A stretch of 57,756 bases of DNA from Candidatus Bathyarchaeum sp. (GTDB taxonomy: Archaea > Thermoproteota > Bathyarchaeia > Bathyarchaeales > Bathyarchaeaceae): positions 1 to 57,756 of the forward strand of contig JAFGGM010000054.1 of the NCBI GenBank assembly GCA_016930555.1, read 5' to 3'. The position numbers and the translations under genes are program-made. This document shows positions 45,942 through 55,447 of the stretch, piece by piece. The notes beneath the pieces are model-generated. The model had not been told where the DNA came from and did not search any database. It saw only the letters and a program-made list of their open reading frames with translations. Numbering within the stretch: the stretch's first letter is position 1; each line of letters opens with the position of its first letter.

Positions 45942-46442
45942 ATGACCAATTATTCAATAAAAGGAGGAAATACTAAACTGAATAGCGAATCACCACATAA
46001 AGTGGACGAAATAGACCAAAAAATCATACGCCTACTACAAGATGATGCCCGAAAAAGCTTCAACAAAATAGCTGAGAGCCTAGGAATAGCAGTTGGAACA
46101 GCATACAACCGCGTAAAAAACTTGGAGGACAAAGGAATCCTGAAGGGTTACACCATATTGCTGGATTCCGCTAAACTTGGTTACGGCCTAACTGCCTTAA
46201 TACTTATTGAGGCTGAGGGACGATTTCTTCCCGACGTTGAAAAGGCTCTAGCCAAGTTGGATGAGGTTATATGCATTTATGACATCACCGGAGACTATGA
46301 CGTGGCTGTGGTTGCTCGTTTCAAGGACAGAACTACATTGAATAGCTTCATCAAATCAGCACTGAAGATGCCCCATGTAAGCAGAACAGTCACAAACGTT
46401 GTGCTCAATGTTGTCAAGGAAGACTTCAGAGTAAAAGTGTAA
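45942..46442 (+). CDS. Lrp/AsnC family transcriptional regulator
   Basis: DEIDQKII..LQDDARKSF..IA..LG....TAYNRV..LE..GIL; YDITGDYD. Confidence 0.93.
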   Translation: MTNYSIKGGNTKLNSESPHKVDEIDQKIIRLLQDDARKSFNKIAESLGIAVGTAYNRVKNLEDKGILKGYTILLDSAKLGYGLTALILIEAEGRFLPDVEKALAKLDEVICIYDITGDYDVAVVARFKDRTTLNSFIKSALKMPHVSRTVTNVVLNVVKEDFRVKV

Positions 46443-46635
46443 ACATCTGCGGCTCAGGCACGCCGCACAACTCATTTTCTTCACATGTTACTATTTGATT
46501 ACATTGTTTTCTTTACAAGTTTAGAACTTTTGGTTTACCCTTTAAGAGTTAATATTTGATTCTCGATGCTAACTTTTAATTCTAAGTTACTCATATTTGC
46601 GTGCTAGCGAAAGTGGAGTTGTGGTTGGTTAGTTT

Positions 46636-46842
46636 ATGCGTAATGATGAATGTATAATTAAATTTCTTAATGGCGAGGGCAAGGTGCTACAGTCTTTTCA
46701 AAGAGATAAAAAAGGTTGGTTTCAAATTAGTTCTAAGAGAATAATTAGACGATGTACAGCAGAACAAACATTGTCACATCTTTTGCCTCCTCTTGCTGGC
46801 GTGAGTAAAGCAATTGTAAAGGTGGAAAGGATTTTTCCCTGA
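46636..46842 (+). CDS. Small hypothetical protein
   Basis: 68-aa ORF with TAEQTLSHLLPPLA; upstream GGAG. Confidence 0.5.
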   Translation: MRNDECIIKFLNGEGKVLQSFQRDKKGWFQISSKRIIRRCTAEQTLSHLLPPLAGVSKAIVKVERIFP

Positions 46843-46954
46843 AAAGTCGATTTGACTACTGACTTTGGGCTATTATGTTTTTTTTGTTCTCCAAATTTTT
46901 AATAATTAAGACATTGTATTCAGGGTAAGAACTCTTGAAGGGGCTAAACAATTC

Positions 46955-48058
46955 GTGACTAGATTGCTTGTCATAGGGTCTGCATCTCCCGATAAAGTGG
47001 ATAGTATTGCGTGGACGCAGCCTTTTCATGACCTGGAAGCCTATGATGCTCTGATTATTGACCTTTCTTCGTTTCCGAAGGATTATCCTCGAACTCTCTT
47101 TAACAATATTGGTGTGTTGAAAAGGACTGTTCGCATTTTCATTAGAGACTATAAGGAAATTTTTTGCATACTGGACAAACGTTTCAGGGTTCCTTTCAAG
47201 AGGATTCCTTTGAACTATGCGTGGATTCCGTATCCTGAAAAATTTAGGATAAATCCTATGCTGTTGGGCAAGTCAAAGAAGCTTTGTGATGAACGGTTCT
47301 CTGTGTATATGAAGACTGTTGAAAGATGGTATAGTGAACTGTTCTGGGAAGATACAACTAACTACAGTTTTGAACCTATCGCCGTTAATAAACGTCAGAA
47401 TGCTATCGCCGCCACCCTTACAATAAATGATCGAGGAAAAATCCATTTCCTGCCAAAAGCAACAACAATCAGCCCCTCTGAAGCCATCGAACTTTTGGTT
47501 GGTTTAACCAAAAAAGAAGAACCAACAGATTTTCCATGGTTGGCTTACGTAGAAATTCCAGAGCTGCTCCAAGCTGAAGATCAATGGAACCGCAATATTA
47601 CCCCTGACGAGTACCGTAACTTGTTTTCGTTAGATCCAAAAAATTTCTTAAAAGCCATTCAGTTGATGCTGGAAGACTTGGGTATACAAACTCTTCCCAA
47701 TGCCGATTTGGACCTGATAGCTTTGAAGAGCAACATTGTAGTAAAAACGACTTCAATTAACGGAAAAGTTGAAGCACAAAACCCAGCAGTTAATCAGGTG
47801 GCAAAGTTCGTGGAAAAACCAAACAGAAACGAGAAAGTCATCTTTATTGTTAACACATACAGGAACCTACCCCTAAATGAACGAGCAGGCAAAGAGCAGG
47901 TCGATTTTCCTATGAAATTGTTTTTTGAAGCACATAAAGTATCATTCTTGACCACTTTAAGTTTGTTCAATCTCTGGAAAAAAGTCGTTGCATACCAAAT
48001 CAGCCCTCAAGAGGCTTCCTTGCTGCTCCAAAATGAAAAAGGCGAAATAACAATTTAA
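46955..48058 (+). CDS. Hypothetical protein; C-terminus resembles a degenerate restriction-endonuclease fold
   Basis: 367-aa ORF; ADLDL..IVVKT..NQV..KVIFIVNTYR..P..ER pattern. Confidence 0.65.
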   Translation: MTRLLVIGSASPDKVDSIAWTQPFHDLEAYDALIIDLSSFPKDYPRTLFNNIGVLKRTVRIFIRDYKEIFCILDKRFRVPFKRIPLNYAWIPYPEKFRINPMLLGKSKKLCDERFSVYMKTVERWYSELFWEDTTNYSFEPIAVNKRQNAIAATLTINDRGKIHFLPKATTISPSEAIELLVGLTKKEEPTDFPWLAYVEIPELLQAEDQWNRNITPDEYRNLFSLDPKNFLKAIQLMLEDLGIQTLPNADLDLIALKSNIVVKTTSINGKVEAQNPAVNQVAKFVEKPNRNEKVIFIVNTYRNLPLNERAGKEQVDFPMKLFFEAHKVSFLTTLSLFNLWKKVVAYQISPQEASLLLQNEKGEITI

Positions 48059-48091
48059 CCTGTGCTTTGAGCAAGTTTGGTCAATGTTTTG

Positions 48092-48964
48092 TTATTCTAG
48101 TTTTCTGTATGTTGCTGTGAAGAGGAATATTGCTGCTGCTGTGAAGACTATGACTCCGCTTGTTGCCACGTTGTAGATTGCTGAGAGCAGTATGCCCGTG
48201 GTCATGCTTAGTATTCCGAAGATTATGGCAGCCAAGGTGGTTCCTTTGAAGGAAAGATTCAGTTGAAGGGCAGAGAGAGCAGGCAACACCAATAGGGCAA
48301 CCACAAGAATCACCCCGATCACCTTTATCGAAAGTACAATCGTTATTGCAACAAGCAAATTGAAGGCTAAAGATAGTAACCTGACAGGAATTCCCATCAA
48401 TCTGGCGCCTTCCTCGTCAAATGTGATAGACAGAAGCTCCTTGTAGAAGATTCCGAGAATAATTAGTGTTGATACTCCAAGAATCGACACTATGATGAGG
48501 TCGGTTTGGTCTATTGTCAGAATTGAGCCGAAAAGAAAACTGAAAAGTTCAACATTGAATCCACCCGCCAAACTTATGATTATTAAGCCTGTGGAGAAGC
48601 CAACAGCAAGCATTACGGCTATTGCGGAGTCGGACTGAGCCAACCCCTTCTGTCTCATGTAAGAAATACCTAAAACCGCCAGAACCGAAACCAGCAAGGA
48701 AGTCAAAAGCGGATTGATTCCCAGAAATAACCCCAAAGCAATCCCTCCAAAGGCAGTATGCGCGATGCCATCACCAATCATAGCTTCCTTCCGCAGAATC
48801 AGAAAAAGTCCAACCCAGGCGCAAGCCAAGGCCGTTATGGTTCCGCCTAATAGTGCGTTCTGAAAGAACTGGAAACCAAAAAGCCTGAAAACATCAATTA
48901 GTTCATTCATCTTTGAAAACCCGCTTGCATTCATGTTTGTGGAAGACAAAATGGAAGTGGTCAC
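48092..48964 (-). CDS. Metal ABC transporter permease (ZnuB-like; start probably near 48910)
   Basis: GLFLILRKEAMIGDGIAHTAFGG, FLFGSIL, ITFDEE. Confidence 0.92.
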   Translation of the reverse strand: MTTSILSSTNMNASGFSKMNELIDVFRLFGFQFFQNALLGGTITALACAWVGLFLILRKEAMIGDGIAHTAFGGIALGLFLGINPLLTSLLVSVLAVLGISYMRQKGLAQSDSAIAVMLAVGFSTGLIIISLAGGFNVELFSFLFGSILTIDQTDLIIVSILGVSTLIILGIFYKELLSITFDEEGARLMGIPVRLLSLAFNLLVAITIVLSIKVIGVILVVALLVLPALSALQLNLSFKGTTLAAIIFGILSMTTGILLSAIYNVATSGVIVFTAAAIFLFTATYRKLE

Positions 48965-49694
48965 CGTACGCCTCCCTTAGAACTTCTTCAGGTTTTAGTG
49001 ATTCTGTTATTTCGGACACGTTAACTAAACGGTTTACACACATAACCTTGGACATTCTACAGAACACAGCAGTCAGGTCATGGGTTACCAGCAGAATAGT
49101 AATTCCCTTTTCAATATTAAGGTCACTAAGCTTCTTGTAAAACTTCTCCTGAGTTTCAGCATCCACGCCAACTATGGGCTCATCTAACAAAATAATTTCA
49201 GGCTTCCTAACCAATGATTTAGCGACGAATACCCGCTGTTTCTGTCCTCCTGACAGTTGCCCAATTCTCCTATCTGCAACATCAGAAATTCCCATGAACT
49301 CGAGAATATCATCCACGGCCTTCCAGTCTGCCCTCTTCAATGTTCTTCCCAGATTGCTTCTGTTCACTCTCCCCAATGCTACCAACTCTCTAACAGACAA
49401 CGGAAACTGAGGATCAAAATTGATGGCATTCTGAGAAACGTATGCAACCTTTTCCCAATCAGAAAAGGATTTTATGTCTTGACCAAAAAGGCGGATAATT
49501 CCTTTTGTTCTTGGAATAATGTTCAGGATGGCTAAAATAAGGGTGGTTTTGCCTCCTCCATTGGGACCGACCAATCCAACGTAGTCCCCTCTATGAATCG
49601 TGAAATTGGCATGTTCGATAACTACAGAATTTGACCTATTAACCTGAAGGTCTGAGACTTCTAATATTGGAGATTTCTCTTTCATGGCGCCCAA
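48903..49694 (-). CDS. Metal ABC transporter ATPase (ZnuC-like)
   Basis: GPNGGGKTT, LSGGQKQRV, LLDEP, VTHD. Confidence 0.93.
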   Translation of the reverse strand: MGAMKEKSPILEVSDLQVNRSNSVVIEHANFTIHRGDYVGLVGPNGGGKTTLILAILNIIPRTKGIIRLFGQDIKSFSDWEKVAYVSQNAINFDPQFPLSVRELVALGRVNRSNLGRTLKRADWKAVDDILEFMGISDVADRRIGQLSGGQKQRVFVAKSLVRKPEIILLDEPIVGVDAETQEKFYKKLSDLNIEKGITILLVTHDLTAVFCRMSKVMCVNRLVNVSEITESLKPEEVLREAYGDHFHFVFHKHECKRVFKDE

Positions 49695-49731
49695 CTGACT
49701 ATGTTCTGATATACAATTTACCTTTTTCTTA

Positions 49732-50685
49732 TTATAGTTGGGCTTTCAGTCCTATTTTCAGGTTTTCCAAGTTTTTTTCCTGTTGCCCAAAGTAATCTAA
49801 GCTGTTCATTTTGCCGAGCATAAGATAGAGCTCCAAAATCTGGACGTTCTGACCCGAAAGCCGTTGCAGTTCATTTTTGAGGGTTTGTGCGTATTCGTCT
49901 GCGTAAACAGGGTCCACATACACCACATATATCTCATGCTCCAACATCATCTCAACTATGTTCGTGTAAACTTGGGTACTTGGCTGCTCATCAGCGGAGA
50001 TGCCTATAACTCCATGCTGTTCAAAGCCGTACCTATCAGCAAGGTACCCGAAGGCAGAGTGGGAAACAAAAACTTCATCTTTACTCTTAAATGAGAGTTC
50101 AGTCAAGTAATCGTTGTCCAATTCCTCGAACCGAGCCTTCAGGGTCTGCCAACGCTCATTATAGTAGCCCTCATTGTTTGGGTCTTTCCGGACTATAGCC
50201 TGGTATATATTCTTAGCTTGCTGCTTCGCTATGAATGGACTTAGCCAAGTATGGGGGTCATAGTTTCCTTCGTGTTCATGCTCATGTTCGTCAGTTTCCT
50301 GTCCTGTTTCAAGAAGCTGTAATCCCTCAGTGGTCTCTACAATGACTTTGCCACTTGAATCAATTACCTGCAGTATGTCATCCTCGAACCAATGGTCAAG
50401 AGATGCACCATTATAAATAATCACGTCAGCATCTTCTACGGCTAAAAGGTCAGCGGATGACGGTTGCCAATTGTGTACTTCAGTGTTGTCTGGTATAAGC
50501 TGCTTCACTGTCACTTTTTCTCCGCCAATTTCTTGGGTGAAAAAAGCGAGGGGATAGAAGCTAGCTACAACCTTCAATTTGTTTTCTTCTGTGTTGTTTT
50601 GGAATGCATGGAAAACAGTGGCTGATGCTGCAATCAAGATGATTATGATTATTGCTATTACAAAGATCTGTTGTCGCGTGTTCAT
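49732..50685 (-). CDS. Metal ABC transporter substrate-binding protein (ZnuA/cluster A-I)
   Basis: VASFYPL, EVHNWQP, His-rich loop, DPHTWLSP, SHSAFGYLA. Confidence 0.93.
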   Translation of the reverse strand: MNTRQQIFVIAIIIIILIAASATVFHAFQNNTEENKLKVVASFYPLAFFTQEIGGEKVTVKQLIPDNTEVHNWQPSSADLLAVEDADVIIYNGASLDHWFEDDILQVIDSSGKVIVETTEGLQLLETGQETDEHEHEHEGNYDPHTWLSPFIAKQQAKNIYQAIVRKDPNNEGYYNERWQTLKARFEELDNDYLTELSFKSKDEVFVSHSAFGYLADRYGFEQHGVIGISADEQPSTQVYTNIVEMMLEHEIYVVYVDPVYADEYAQTLKNELQRLSGQNVQILELYLMLGKMNSLDYFGQQEKNLENLKIGLKAQL

Positions 50686-50725
50686 GGTGCTTTACCTTTT
50701 TGTTATTGGATGCATACAACAAAGA

Positions 50726-50759
50726 AATTTATTAAACTTTTGCAAGATTTTAATAAATT
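50726..50759. promoter_or_regulatory. Candidate NikR operator
   Basis: Perfect 11-bp inverted repeat AATTTATTAAA-N12-TTTAATAAATT, containing TTATTA-N16-TAATAA, between the divergent transporter and nikR genes. Confidence 0.7.
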
Positions 50760-50802
50760 ATATTTAAGTAAGGGCGTAGATTTTAATAACTTGGTGCCTG
50801 AC

Positions 50803-51231
50803 ATGACAGTCATAAGTGTTTCAGTTCCAGAAAAACTCCTACAATATGTCGAAAATTCCATTAAGGAACAGGGCTTCGCCAACCGTTCAGAGATAGTTAG
50901 GCAGGCTCTACGTGCCTTCATCAGGGAAAGCAAAAGCCTCAGGGAACTTAAGGGCCAAATCGCTGCATCCATAACAATAATATACGAACGAGGGGCAAGA
51001 AAAGGTCAGATATCTGAAATCCAGCACAGCTTCGGAAACATCATCTCAACATTTCTTCACGCCCACATAGAAGAAGACTACTGCATAGAAGTGATTGTGG
51101 TGAAAGGAGAAGCAGAAAAAATCAGAAAACTGGTGGAGGCATTTCGAACCAATGAGGAGATCAATCAGATCAAAGTTTCTATCCTGAAAACGCCAAAAAG
51201 AAGGTTAATAAGTACGGTCATAACCCGATAG
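50803..51231 (+). CDS. nikR: NikR-family regulator
   Basis: RHH VISVSVP..GFANRSEIVRQALR; metal ligands IQH..LHAH..YC. Start placed at MTVISV. Confidence 0.88.
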   Translation: MTVISVSVPEKLLQYVENSIKEQGFANRSEIVRQALRAFIRESKSLRELKGQIAASITIIYERGARKGQISEIQHSFGNIISTFLHAHIEEDYCIEVIVVKGEAEKIRKLVEAFRTNEEINQIKVSILKTPKRRLISTVITR

Positions 51232-51476
51232 GTTTGGAGAATTGATGATTTTTTAACGTCTTGTTCTTTTTTTCGATAATACATGAAAGTTTCTTTCGGT
51301 TTTTTCCCTCTTCACTCTATGACCAGAAAGTTACGTAGTAGACACTTATGCAGTCTACAGTCATGGTCGCCCTCGTTTTTGATTCTTCTTGCATTATTTG
51401 GGTGTGTTATAGTAACCTTAATAGCTATAATAGACTTTACGTACAGAAATCACTAGCAACGTTGATGTGATTTGCT

Positions 51477-52514
51477 TTGAACCGAAAAATCATGTTTCCA
51501 TTATTTCTCCTTCTTGTTAACTTACTATTTTCAAGTGTACAATTTACTTCAGCAGAAGGAAGCGTTGGCGTAGTTACCGGAAAGACCGCTGACTACACTT
51601 ACGCACTAAGTGGAACTGCAAGAGATAGCAACGGTACCTTAACTGAGACCATGCCCTATACTGTTGCATACACTGAGCAGATCACTATTATGCAGGTTAG
51701 TGGAACCAATGTGACTTTTCAGTTTTATAGGGATTTTCTTAATGAAACCACTGAGGGAGGCGCGTCGTGGGTGGATTTGAGCGATGGAAATGGCACTGGA
51801 AATTTTGTTGTTATTTCCGCGAACGTTGGTTCAGGTGACTTGTTGTATCCTGATTGGCTGAATAGTTACTCTACTACCGAAGGTGCCCCTGTGGCTAATG
51901 ATACTGTTTCCCTGATGTATTTGGGTGAGCCTGTAGAAGCATGTCATCTAGGCTACGTGAACGAATATGGAAACTATTCTGCAGATTATTACTGGGAAAA
52001 GTCGACAGGCTTAATTCTTAAATGGGAAATCAAAGGCTCAGAAGATGTTGACAACTCGGTAGAAACTTTGAACATTCATTTTCAAAGAGTTGGTCTACAA
52101 CATGAATTCTGTCCCTTCATTGACAGCGACGAATATCAGGTGAAGGTGGACAGCAGCTCAACCCTATTAGGGTTCGAATTCAATCAAACAGAGAAAAAGA
52201 TTAGCTTGGATGTAAGCGGGTTGAGCGGAACCTCAGGACACTGCGGTGTTTGGGTTCCTGAAGGTTTGCTTTCGGGTAGTTTCTCTTTGAGTTTGGATGG
52301 CTATAATCTAGAGGAAGGTGAAAAATATACCATAATATATGAGGGAGCATATTACAAGTTTGAAATCCCTTACATTCACAGTAGTCATACAATCGAAATA
52401 GTAGGTTCTCAGGTTATTCCCGAGTTTCAGGCATGGATGCTTGTGCCCCTGTTCCTGTCAGCAACGCTGATGGCGGTTATGCTCTATCGGAAACGTCTTC
52501 AAGCTCGACAATAA
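51477..52514 (+). CDS. Secreted surface protein with PEF-type C-terminal sorting signal
   Basis: Signal peptide; YIHSSHTIEIVG..VIPEF + TM helix + RKR tail. Confidence 0.85.
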   Translation: MNRKIMFPLFLLLVNLLFSSVQFTSAEGSVGVVTGKTADYTYALSGTARDSNGTLTETMPYTVAYTEQITIMQVSGTNVTFQFYRDFLNETTEGGASWVDLSDGNGTGNFVVISANVGSGDLLYPDWLNSYSTTEGAPVANDTVSLMYLGEPVEACHLGYVNEYGNYSADYYWEKSTGLILKWEIKGSEDVDNSVETLNIHFQRVGLQHEFCPFIDSDEYQVKVDSSSTLLGFEFNQTEKKISLDVSGLSGTSGHCGVWVPEGLLSGSFSLSLDGYNLEEGEKYTIIYEGAYYKFEIPYIHSSHTIEIVGSQVIPEFQAWMLVPLFLSATLMAVMLYRKRLQARQ

Positions 52515-52518
52515 CAGT

Positions 52519-53482
52519 TTAGGGCAGTTCTATTGTGCCTATTACTCGTAGTTTTCCGCCTTCTAGATACATCAAAATAGCCCTATCGTTAGGGTAATGA
52601 ACAATTTCTTTCTCTAAACTCAGTGTTAATTTGGGTTTGCGCCAGTCGCTCCCCTCATTGACTGCTTCGACTTTGCATTTGAGAACTTGCATCCAATGAC
52701 CTAAGTGGAGCACCATTCCATCCATTATGGGTGTAGACCAGTATTTGATTAGGGATGCTGGGGACTGAATTTTGTTGGATGCTTTGCATGTAGTGTCGTT
52801 TGTTAATACTGTGCCCCTATCTACGTCGTCTACTTTGATGTTTTTAAGGGCTAATCCTACCCTGTCGCCTTCTTCTGCAGAGTTAAATTCGTTGTCGTTC
52901 TTTTGGATAGAACGAATTTGTGTCGTTTTTGTTCCAGGAAAAACATTCATCTTGTCATGTTTTTGGACTATTCCGTCTGCTACTACACCCAATATTACAG
53001 TACCTATACCTTTTACATTGAAGGCGTGGTCAACTGGTACTGTTCCTGTATTGTTTTTTGTTTTTGGTGTTCCTGTTTTTGTTGCTTCAACTAAGAGTTC
53101 CTCTCTTAGTATAGTTGTTTCATCGACAACAAATTTGTAGTTCTCCAAAATTGTGCCCTTCAGGAGGGGCTGAAGTTTTTCTGGAGTTATGTAGTTTTTG
53201 AGGACGAAGTAACCACTGCTTATTCCGCAACACTGGAGCATCACAAGCATCTCTCCTAATTGGGCGCTTAATTCGTCTACAACTACGATGGCTTTTTTGG
53301 CTAAAGAGCAGACATAGAACAGTGGTGCCATTCGGTCTGGGTAACGTGTGGGCTCTATGAATGTTATGTTACTTTCGCCCTTCTTGAGGTTGTAGAGGGT
53401 GATGTCTGATGATGTGCCCTTTTTTGGCTAAGGCGCTGCTGTAGCCCAGCTTGCCGAGAACTGCGACAGATAAGTTTCCCAT
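52519..53482 (-). pseudogene. EF-Tu/SelB-like protein with a frameshift near 53417-53425
   Basis: MGNLSVAVLG...AKKG continues in the next frame as TSSDITLYNLKK..FIEPTRYPDRMAPL; then VDHAFNVKGIGTVILG, IRSIQ, GDRVGLALK. Confidence 0.8.
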
Positions 53483-53569
53483 ATAATTTTTTCCTCTTGA
53501 ATTATTGCACCATGCCTCGTGTGGCAAATAAGGATTATGGGCAATTCCAGCGCTGGACAGGAACGTCAT

Positions 53570-54067
53570 TTATTTTTCGTTTACTAATTCGGTGATGCCG
53601 GTCTTCCATGCTTCATCTGTTTTTTTGTTGATGACTGTTTCGTCAAGTTCTGGGAAAATGCCTTGCAACAGTTGATGGACTATTGTATACATTATTTCAA
53701 GAAGTCCCATTGGAGGAGGCGCCTCCTGAATCAGTGTAGCATCAAAGTATTTTTTTGATATTCGAATCTGCCCTTTCCTATTGATGTGAGCTCCAGCTTC
53801 TTTTTGGCATTCTTCGCATGTGCAAAGGTTGCATGAAAAGCTGTAGAGGGCACGAGTTTTCAGTTCACTATCTAGTTGTGGTGTCGAATCCAAAACAGCT
53901 AGGGCTGCATCGTAAAGTATGTCCAATATTTCTTCGTCGCTTCGTGCAATCTGGGAAGAATCAAGTAGCCTGTATACTGCTTTGATATCATTGTCGACGT
54001 TGTGTTTTTTGGTGTAATCTAGCCATTTTTTGTGGAGTGACTTGGCTGTTTCGAATTCAACTTTCGT
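53570..54067 (-). CDS. Hypothetical Cys-containing protein
   Basis: Tracked ORF (53570-53926) is open 47 more codons to an ACG at 54067 behind GGAGTGGT; CNLCTCEEC. Confidence 0.6.
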   Translation of the reverse strand, partial: TKVEFETAKSLHKKWLDYTKKHNVDNDIKAVYRLLDSSQIARSDEEILDILYDAALAVLDSTPQLDSELKTRALYSFSCNLCTCEECQKEAGAHINRKGQIRISKKYFDATLIQEAPPPMGLLEIMYTIVHQLLQGIFPELDETVINKKTDEAWKTGITELVNEK

Positions 54068-54126
54068 TTTTTACCACTCCAGTAATTCTTTATTGTGTTG
54101 CAGTTCACCGATTTAAAACTCTTTGT

Positions 54127-54318
54127 TTAACGGTGCGCTTTTTTTGCCAACGCTTTTGTGAAGCATTCTGGGCAAGTATCCAAAGGAAACACTTCACAAG
54201 ACCCATCCTCAAGAAATATCTTCATAACATCCTCATCGCTCAATTCGGCACCACAACAGACACACTTACGCTTACCCAACCCAAACAACCCCGAATATTT
54301 CCTTAACTTGTGAAGCAT
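54127..54318 (-). CDS. Small Zn-binding protein
   Basis: CVCCG...CPEC. Confidence 0.5.
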   Translation of the reverse strand: MLHKLRKYSGLFGLGKRKCVCCGAELSDEDVMKIFLEDGSCEVFPLDTCPECFTKALAKKAHR

Positions 54319-54467
54319 TGGTAGCTCGAGGTTATCTTGTGCTTAAGCGATAATTTATACTTTTTATCATTGGACATTTAGGGGGTGTTTGGCTCAACCT
54401 CTCCCTTTTTTGGGTTGGTGACTAATGATGTGTAATCAAAAGTAATTTGTGAAGGCTGTGGCAGCAA

Positions 54468-54726
54468 GTGGCTGCTGGCAAGTCTATTGGGGATATTGCT
54501 GAAATTTTTGGAAAATCTGAGACGGCAATTAGAAACATGAAGAAGAGTATGAATCTAGATGGTGGTGGTGTAGAAGCTGCAGAGTCACCATCATCCGTTA
54601 CTCTAGTTATGCTTGATGAAATTCCCAGTGTTGAAATAATGTTGAAGAAGGCAGTTGCAGCCGTAGATGCCTTATAGATCCCGAATTTGTCGAAGACTTA
54701 GGTTTATCGGTTGCGTGCTATATAAT
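54468..54726 (+). pseudogene. Remnant of an HTH-containing protein
   Basis: GKSIGDIAEIFGKSETAIR HTH, IPSVE..LK; frame continues through two TAG stops. Confidence 0.4.
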
Positions 54727-54766
54727 TAAGAAGAATTAAAAAAAGAAAAAGAGGTTTTTAAGTTGT

Positions 54767-55183
54767 TTAATATTCTACCTTTCTTGGAAGAGTTTTTGCT
54801 TCTTCTACCCAACTTTTTACGTTATCTAGTGTTGGGGGTCTTCTTACCAGTTTTTTTGTTTCATTAACTTCTGCCATCTTAGCACATAGGTTGTCTGGAT
54901 TTCTTCGCGCCAGTTCAACCACAGTGTCTACTCCAGCTTCTTCAAGTAAATCAGAATACTCTTCTCCTACGCCTTTGATTCTCATTAGATCTGAAAGGTT
55001 AACCCATTCAAGAATGTTTTTTTCTGAAATTCCTGTCTTCTCTGCTAACGTTTTTCGCCCTTCTTTGGTTCCAGCAACCTCAAGAAGATTATCAGTGGTA
55101 TCTACTCCAGCGTCAACAAGTTTTTTTGCGTATGTTGGTCCAATTCCTTCAACATCAACTATTTTTGCCATAATAATTACCAA
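54767..55183 (-). CDS. DUF4332 helix-hairpin-helix protein
   Basis: DVEGIGPTYA, DLMRIKGVGEEYSDLLEEAGVDTV.ELARRNP. Confidence 0.9.
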   Translation of the reverse strand: MVIIMAKIVDVEGIGPTYAKKLVDAGVDTTDNLLEVAGTKEGRKTLAEKTGISEKNILEWVNLSDLMRIKGVGEEYSDLLEEAGVDTVVELARRNPDNLCAKMAEVNETKKLVRRPPTLDNVKSWVEEAKTLPRKVEY

Positions 55184-55447
55184 CCTAAAATAGATATTAC
55201 ATAGTTATAACGTTTGTTACTTGAACTGAGGTTATATATCGAAATTTTGATGCACTCCTACTATACAAGAATACTACGTAATATATCAAGTGATTATTAA
55301 ACTCAGTTAGCATAGTGATTCATATTGAAATACCAAATTTAGGTTGAGCGTTCAGATTGCATCCTTTGTTGATTTTTATTAGTGATTGTTTTTTGGGTGC
55401 AAAAGTGTTATTTGCTATAAATTCGAGATTGATAAGATGGTTGTTTA

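Noticed and set aside
54675-54726. Two in-frame TAG codons as pyrrolysine or readthrough
   Set aside because: No pyl genes seen, TAG ends many genes here, and the ORF is truncated; decay is simpler.
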